From Deltaproteobacteria bacterium (lineage in GTDB: Bacteria > Myxococcota_A > UBA9160 > SMWR01), in contig JAQBGU010000002.1 of the NCBI GenBank assembly GCA_032128375.1, forward strand, positions 1 through 64,000: DNA of 64,000 nt, read 5' to 3'. A program made the position numbers and the translations under genes. Shown piece by piece: positions 59,205 to 64,000 of this stretch (its first letter is position 1; each line of letters starts with the position of its first letter). The notes under the pieces are model-generated. The model was given only the letters and a program-made list of their open reading frames with translations, did no database searches and was not told where the DNA came from.

Positions 59205-60608
59205 ATGCATAAGCGAATACTCGAGCGGCGCTGGCCTTGGCTTACCGCAGGAGGGCTTGGCGTAGCCGTGTTCCTGTTGACATTCGTCCAGATCGGAGAC
59301 TGGGATCGGCGCCCGAGCGGTTCCGTCGATGACATCGCTCGGCTCAAGGACCGCAGCGACGTGAACGTGCTGTTCCTCCTGATCGATACGCTGCGCGCCG
59401 AACACCTCGGCAGTTACGGCTACGAGCGCGACACCAGCCCACTGCTCGATCGTCTCGCGCGTTCGGGTGTTCGTTTCGATCGCCATCTGGCTCAATCCAC
59501 CTGGACCAAATCCTCGATGGCCTCGCTGTGGACCGGGCTCTACCCCGCGCGTACCGGAATCACGCGATTCGATGACGTGATTCCCGACGTCGCGGTGATG
59601 GCTCCGGAGCGGCTGCGCGAGGCGGGTTTCCAGAGTGTTGGGTTGTATCGCAACGGCTGGGTCGCTCCGACGTTCGGCTTCGATCAGGGATTCGAGGTGT
59701 ACGAAAAACCCACACCGTCACCGCTTCCTACGCATGTTCGGCGCGAGAATCCGACGGTCAGCGACAAGGGCACCGACCAGGCGGTGATCGAGGCCGCGCA
59801 AGAGTTTCTTCGCGTCAACGGCCGCGAGCGCTGGTTCCTCTATCTACACCTGATGGACCTCCACGAGTACATCTACAGCCAGGAGACCGCGCTGTTTGGC
59901 AACGCCTACGAGGACATTTACGACAACTCGATCCGCTGGACGGACGACTCGATCGGGTTCCTGATCGAGACGCTCGCCCATCTCGAACTGCTCGAAAACA
60001 CGCTCGTCGTCGTTGCAGCGGACCATGGCGAGGCATTCCTCGAGCGGGGTTTCGAGGGTCATGCGCGCGAGGTCTACCGGGAGACGACGGACGTTCCGCT
60101 ACTGATCTCGTTTCCCTTCCGCCTCGATCCCGGCATCGTCGTCAATACGCGCACCCAAAACGTGGACGTCTGGCCCACGCTTCTCGACTTGCTCGGTCTC
60201 GAGCCGCTCGCGGGGGTCGACGGCCGCTCGCGGGTGCCCGACATCCTGTCGAGCGCGTCTGGGCAAGAAATCGATCCCGTTGGGCAGATTGCGATCACGT
60301 CTCTGGACCAGAATTGGGCTCGGCGCGACAGCCAACCCTTGGAGACGATCGCGGTCCTAGACGGCCCATTGCGCTACGTCCGTAGAGAGCATCCCGGGGG
60401 TACCACCCGCGAGGAACTGTTCGACGCCTCCGACGATCCGCTCGAGCTTCGCGATCGCCTTGCCGAGAATGCGCAGGACGTCGCGCGGCTCAGCGCGATG
60501 GCGGAAGAATACTACGAGGCGAAACCCAGCTGGGGCGAGTCGCCGACGCGAGAAATCGGCGAACTCGAACTCAACCTGCTGAGGGCCCTGGGCTACCAGA
60601 TCGACTGA
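59205..60608 (+). CDS. Sulfatase-like hydrolase/transferase (non-Cys active site)
   Basis: IDTLRAEHL, STWTKSSMASLWTG, ADHGE and C-terminal LRALGY. Confidence 0.9.
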   Translation: MHKRILERRWPWLTAGGLGVAVFLLTFVQIGDWDRRPSGSVDDIARLKDRSDVNVLFLLIDTLRAEHLGSYGYERDTSPLLDRLARSGVRFDRHLAQSTWTKSSMASLWTGLYPARTGITRFDDVIPDVAVMAPERLREAGFQSVGLYRNGWVAPTFGFDQGFEVYEKPTPSPLPTHVRRENPTVSDKGTDQAVIEAAQEFLRVNGRERWFLYLHLMDLHEYIYSQETALFGNAYEDIYDNSIRWTDDSIGFLIETLAHLELLENTLVVVAADHGEAFLERGFEGHAREVYRETTDVPLLISFPFRLDPGIVVNTRTQNVDVWPTLLDLLGLEPLAGVDGRSRVPDILSSASGQEIDPVGQIAITSLDQNWARRDSQPLETIAVLDGPLRYVRREHPGGTTREELFDASDDPLELRDRLAENAQDVARLSAMAEEYYEAKPSWGESPTREIGELELNLLRALGYQID

Positions 60609-60685
60609 GTCCCGCCGAGGCCCATGATCTGATCCCGCGATCGCAGCCGCTTCGCGAGAACGGGTCGTCGGGCTTGATTACTGGA

Positions 60686-63592
60686 TCAGAAGTTGAAGAT
60701 CACGCTGCCGCCGACCGTTCGGGGATCCCCCACGAAATAGATGCTGGTGTTGGTGAAGGTGCTGCCGTCGAAGGCAAAGGTCTTGTACGCCTCATTGGTC
60801 AGGTTGCGCACCCATCCCGCGACTTCGAACCGGCCGCCGGGCGCTCTGTAGGACAGTCTCAAGTTGTGCAACCAGAACGGTGTCTGTGAGGTGGTGTGGT
60901 CTGGGAGAAACTCGATGTTCTGGTTGTTCGGGATCCCTCGGCCCTCCGTCGCATCGAAAAAGGTCTCGTCGGTCCAGACCCCGTCGTAGCGCAATGTCAA
61001 CGAGCCGTACGACCACAGCGGAAGCGTCTGCTCACCGGTCATACTGATCTTGAACCTGGGAGAATTGAGCAGCGAGTTACCGGTGTTCTGGAGTTCGCGG
61101 TTGACGACGACCTTGGCGCCTGAAATGACCGTTGTGTCCTGCTGGATCTGAACGAAGTCGAGAAACTCGCTTTCGATCCAACCGACCCGGAGATTGGCGA
61201 ACGCCCCGTACCAGGGCCGGATCACCGCGTCGAGTTCCGCGCCGTACACCTCGGCCGCATCCGCATTGATGATCACGAACTCCGGCTGGCCACCGACGAA
61301 CTGCTGGGCGGTGAACAGCTGGTAGTCGGAATAGGAGTAGTAGAACACCGAGAAGTCGACGCTCAGGCGCCCATCGAGCCAGCTTCCGCTCACCCCGGTT
61401 TCGAACGAGTCGATTGTCTCGGGCCGCGCGACCGAGACCCCCTGTCCCGGCGAGCTGGTGGCATTGTAGGTCCCGGGCTTGAAGCCGCGCGTGTACTTCC
61501 AGAAGGCGTGCGTGTCCTCGCGGAAGCGGTAGGTCAGACGAATCGTACCGGTAGGGTCCTGCCAGATATCGTTGAGCAACTCCGGGCAGATCCCATCCGG
61601 ACCACACTGAGTTCCTGAGAAGAGCTCGTAGTCGAGCTTCTTTTGTTCCCAGTTGTATCGGATGCCACCGTCGAGCGTGAAATCGTCCCAGAAGTCGAAG
61701 GCCAGGCTCAGGTAGCCCGCTGCGCTATAGACGTCCTGGGTGTAAACGCGCTTGCCAACTCCGAAAGTACCCGCCACCCCTGGACCCAGATCGTTCGTGA
61801 CCTCGACGTCGAGATTCTCACGCAGAAACCAACCGCCGACCTCCCAGCGGGCACGCCCTTCGCGGAACTGGCCATCGAGTTTGATGTCCTGTGTGAACTG
61901 CCAGCCCTCGTCGTCCGTCTCGATCTGGAACAAGGTCTCTGGCGAAAAGTCGAGGTCGATATCGAGGAAGCGGTCGTAGGTGTCGTAGCCGCTGATCGTG
62001 GCGAGCTGCATTCCCAGCGGCAGCGCGATGTCGCCCTTGAGATAGCCCCCCCAGGTGTCGTTTATCGTTTTTCCGGCATTCTTCTTACACTGCGTTCCGG
62101 GTGCTCCTCCGATGAACACGCCGTTTTCATCAAAAGATGGATCAGTATCGCTTTTTGCGCCGCAGATGTTGAAGTCGCCTACCCACGGCTTGGAGTCGAG
62201 ATCCGTGAGTTCCTTGGCCAATATGACCTTCGCCGTGTCCAATTCCTGCCCTCTGAAAGCCTGGGGAACACAGCGGCTCCCTTCCGGGCTGCCAGGTACA
62301 GAAATGTTCCCCGGTACTGCCGGGTAGCAGTTGGGGGCCAGCTCTCTCAGTCGCTGCCGGATCTCGGGTGCGCGATACCCGGGACTCGTCAGCACCCCTT
62401 GGGTCCCCCCCAACGTGCCGCCGATAAACGCTGTCCCGGGTCGATTTTCGATGCAATTGGAGACGTCGCCGTTCGCACAGGTGTTCCCAAACGTTCCAAT
62501 GGATTGGCCGAGGCGGGTCAACTCGTCCCGCCGTGAGCCGTGTGCATTCACCAGAAAGCTCGCATCCAGCGTGGGTTGGAATAGAAAGGTTCCGCGTGCC
62601 GCCCAGTTGTTGGTGTCGTTTACGTGATCGGGGAGCCCCGGAGGGACTTGCCCGGACATGTACTGCGGAATTCCTCCCCCGGGATTGGCCAGGTTTTCGT
62701 TGACGTTGAGTCTGACCGGTTCGCCACAGACCGACCAGGGTCGGTCTGTGTTCAGAAGACCTGATCGTTGGAGTACCGCGTTCGATGGGACCGCAGCGCG
62801 TTCGGAGTAGGGTTTGGCGCCTCCGCAGCGGTTCTTCATGGTCCCATCGCGCTCGGTCAAACGGAAGGCGAATCGAGCCGAAAGGATGTCCTCGAAAAGC
62901 GGAGTTTCGACGGCGCCCTCGTAGTCACGAAACCCAAAGTCGCCAAGGTCGCTGCGAAGGAAACCACCGAATTCGCCCGTAGGCTTGCGGGAGTAGATCT
63001 TGATCGCCCCCGCCGACGCATTGCGCGCGAGGCCGGTGCCCTGGGGTCCACGCAGGACGTTGACAGCCTCGATGTCGAAGAGCGTGTCGAGTTGCAGCGC
63101 TGGGGCGTTTCTGACCACGTCGTCTTGATAGATGGCGACAGCACCGGTTGAATTGGAGTTGAAGTCGTTGAGGCCGACGCCGCGGATGAAAAAGGTCGGC
63201 GAGGTCGCACCGTAGGACACGATTTCGAGATTGGGGGTAAACGCCGCGATGTCGGCGATGTTCTGGGCACCCAGTGCCGCCAGGTCCTCGGCGCCGAAGC
63301 CCGTCACCGAGTCGGCGACACTGAAATCACGCGCGGCATCCGATTCGCCGCCCCGCACCAGGAACTCCTCGATTCCGGGCCGGGACGGCGGTTCCCGATC
63401 GAAACCGGGCGATGCCTCGTCGTCGGAATCCGGCAGGGGCTCTTGTGCCCGTGCCGGCGGCGCAGCGACGATCGCCAGCGCGTACCCGACCGCGATTGCA
63501 ACGGCGACCCAGGAATTTCCGCATTGGGTGTGGGGCAGCCCGTGGCCCCGTCGCTCGACTCGACTCTGCATCCGATTCCTTCCGGCCATCAT
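60686..63592 (-). CDS. TonB-dependent receptor
   Basis: Plug FIRGVG and VLRGPQGT motifs; RGFKPG, ETIDSFETG and C-terminal Phe. Confidence 0.95.
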   Translation of the reverse strand: MMAGRNRMQSRVERRGHGLPHTQCGNSWVAVAIAVGYALAIVAAPPARAQEPLPDSDDEASPGFDREPPSRPGIEEFLVRGGESDAARDFSVADSVTGFGAEDLAALGAQNIADIAAFTPNLEIVSYGATSPTFFIRGVGLNDFNSNSTGAVAIYQDDVVRNAPALQLDTLFDIEAVNVLRGPQGTGLARNASAGAIKIYSRKPTGEFGGFLRSDLGDFGFRDYEGAVETPLFEDILSARFAFRLTERDGTMKNRCGGAKPYSERAAVPSNAVLQRSGLLNTDRPWSVCGEPVRLNVNENLANPGGGIPQYMSGQVPPGLPDHVNDTNNWAARGTFLFQPTLDASFLVNAHGSRRDELTRLGQSIGTFGNTCANGDVSNCIENRPGTAFIGGTLGGTQGVLTSPGYRAPEIRQRLRELAPNCYPAVPGNISVPGSPEGSRCVPQAFRGQELDTAKVILAKELTDLDSKPWVGDFNICGAKSDTDPSFDENGVFIGGAPGTQCKKNAGKTINDTWGGYLKGDIALPLGMQLATISGYDTYDRFLDIDLDFSPETLFQIETDDEGWQFTQDIKLDGQFREGRARWEVGGWFLRENLDVEVTNDLGPGVAGTFGVGKRVYTQDVYSAAGYLSLAFDFWDDFTLDGGIRYNWEQKKLDYELFSGTQCGPDGICPELLNDIWQDPTGTIRLTYRFREDTHAFWKYTRGFKPGTYNATSSPGQGVSVARPETIDSFETGVSGSWLDGRLSVDFSVFYYSYSDYQLFTAQQFVGGQPEFVIINADAAEVYGAELDAVIRPWYGAFANLRVGWIESEFLDFVQIQQDTTVISGAKVVVNRELQNTGNSLLNSPRFKISMTGEQTLPLWSYGSLTLRYDGVWTDETFFDATEGRGIPNNQNIEFLPDHTTSQTPFWLHNLRLSYRAPGGRFEVAGWVRNLTNEAYKTFAFDGSTFTNTSIYFVGDPRTVGGSVIFNF

Positions 63593-63599
63593 CCACTCA

Positions 63600-63650
63600 C
63601 TACCGGTTTGACTACCAGTTCGACTACCAGTCTCGTCCAGTCTCGTCTCG
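63600..63650. repeat. Degenerate 12-bp tandem (CTACCRGTYYSR x3) plus shorter decayed units
   Basis: ctaccggtttga ctaccagttcga ctaccagtctcg tccagtctcg tctcg. Confidence 0.75.
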
Positions 63651-63726
63651 CGGGTGCGAGGATCGAAATCCCCGTTCGATTGGGAGCATATCCCGGAGCA
63701 TTCAACTGTGATAATACTATGCGGCC

Positions 63727-64000
63727 ATGAGAAGAAATAGTGTATTCCTGACGGTTGGCGCAATCGTTGCTCTCCAATTGCCAGCTGCGAATGTGTCTGG
63801 TGCCGAGGCAAGCGGCGATCCGGACGTGTCGTCCCAGCAGACTGGACAGTCGGGAGAGGAACGCTGGGTGCCCTCGCTGGCGATCATCAGCGGCGTGGTC
63901 TTCTCCGAGCAGAAGGGATCTGGGGATTTTTCCCTGATCCAGGGCATGAGCAGTCCCGTACCCCCTTGCGCCGCGAACGACACAAGATCCGAGTGCCGTA
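63727..64000 (+). CDS. Secreted hypothetical protein, partial (runs off the window; absent from ORF track)
   Basis: MRRNSVFLTVGAIVALQLPAANVSGAEAS...ERWVPSLAIISG; open to the window end. Confidence 0.7.
   Translation, partial: MRRNSVFLTVGAIVALQLPAANVSGAEASGDPDVSSQQTGQSGEERWVPSLAIISGVVFSEQKGSGDFSLIQGMSSPVPPCAANDTRSECR

Noticed and set aside
1..64000. Prophage, defence system, rRNA or tRNA
   Set aside because: No recognisable hallmark genes or RNA structures seen by eye; tRNAscan and Infernal were not run

Overview
High-GC bacterial chromosomal window. Gene content suggests an uncultured Myxococcota/deltaproteobacterium-like diderm, but this is inference only. It holds about 55 intact CDSs. 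Most are housekeeping or catabolic: PhoD, MOSC, GFA, DoxX, CspA, M20 peptidase, Coq4, haloalkane dehalogenase, NudC, GrxD, MoaA, CorA, carbonic anhydrase, LemA/M48, Mch-like hydratase, Dcd, AmmeMemoRadiSam trio and a CoA-transferase. I saw no rRNA, tRNA, CRISPR array or intact mobile element. Highlights: (1) a short PrdB/GrdB-like selenoprotein with an in-frame UGA (UxxC) and a SECIS-like hairpin, split by the ORF caller, next to three ferritin-like diiron genes, a TetR with tandem operators and a methyltransferase; (2) a ~20 kb cell-envelope locus (GT-C glycosyltransferases, TPR proteins, sulfatase-family enzymes, MFS/spermidine-synthase fusion, Cys-loop-rich TonB receptor) around an IPTL-CTERM surface protein with a sigma-54/IHF/enhancer promoter layout; (3) degenerate 10-12 bp tandem arrays that recur just upstream of gene starts; (4) SD-positioned non-canonical starts (ATC, ATT, CTG); (5) many gene remnants left by internal deletions, including an IS256 relic and a DUF2461 fragment fused to a sulfatase. 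All protein assignments come from motif recognition, not database searches.
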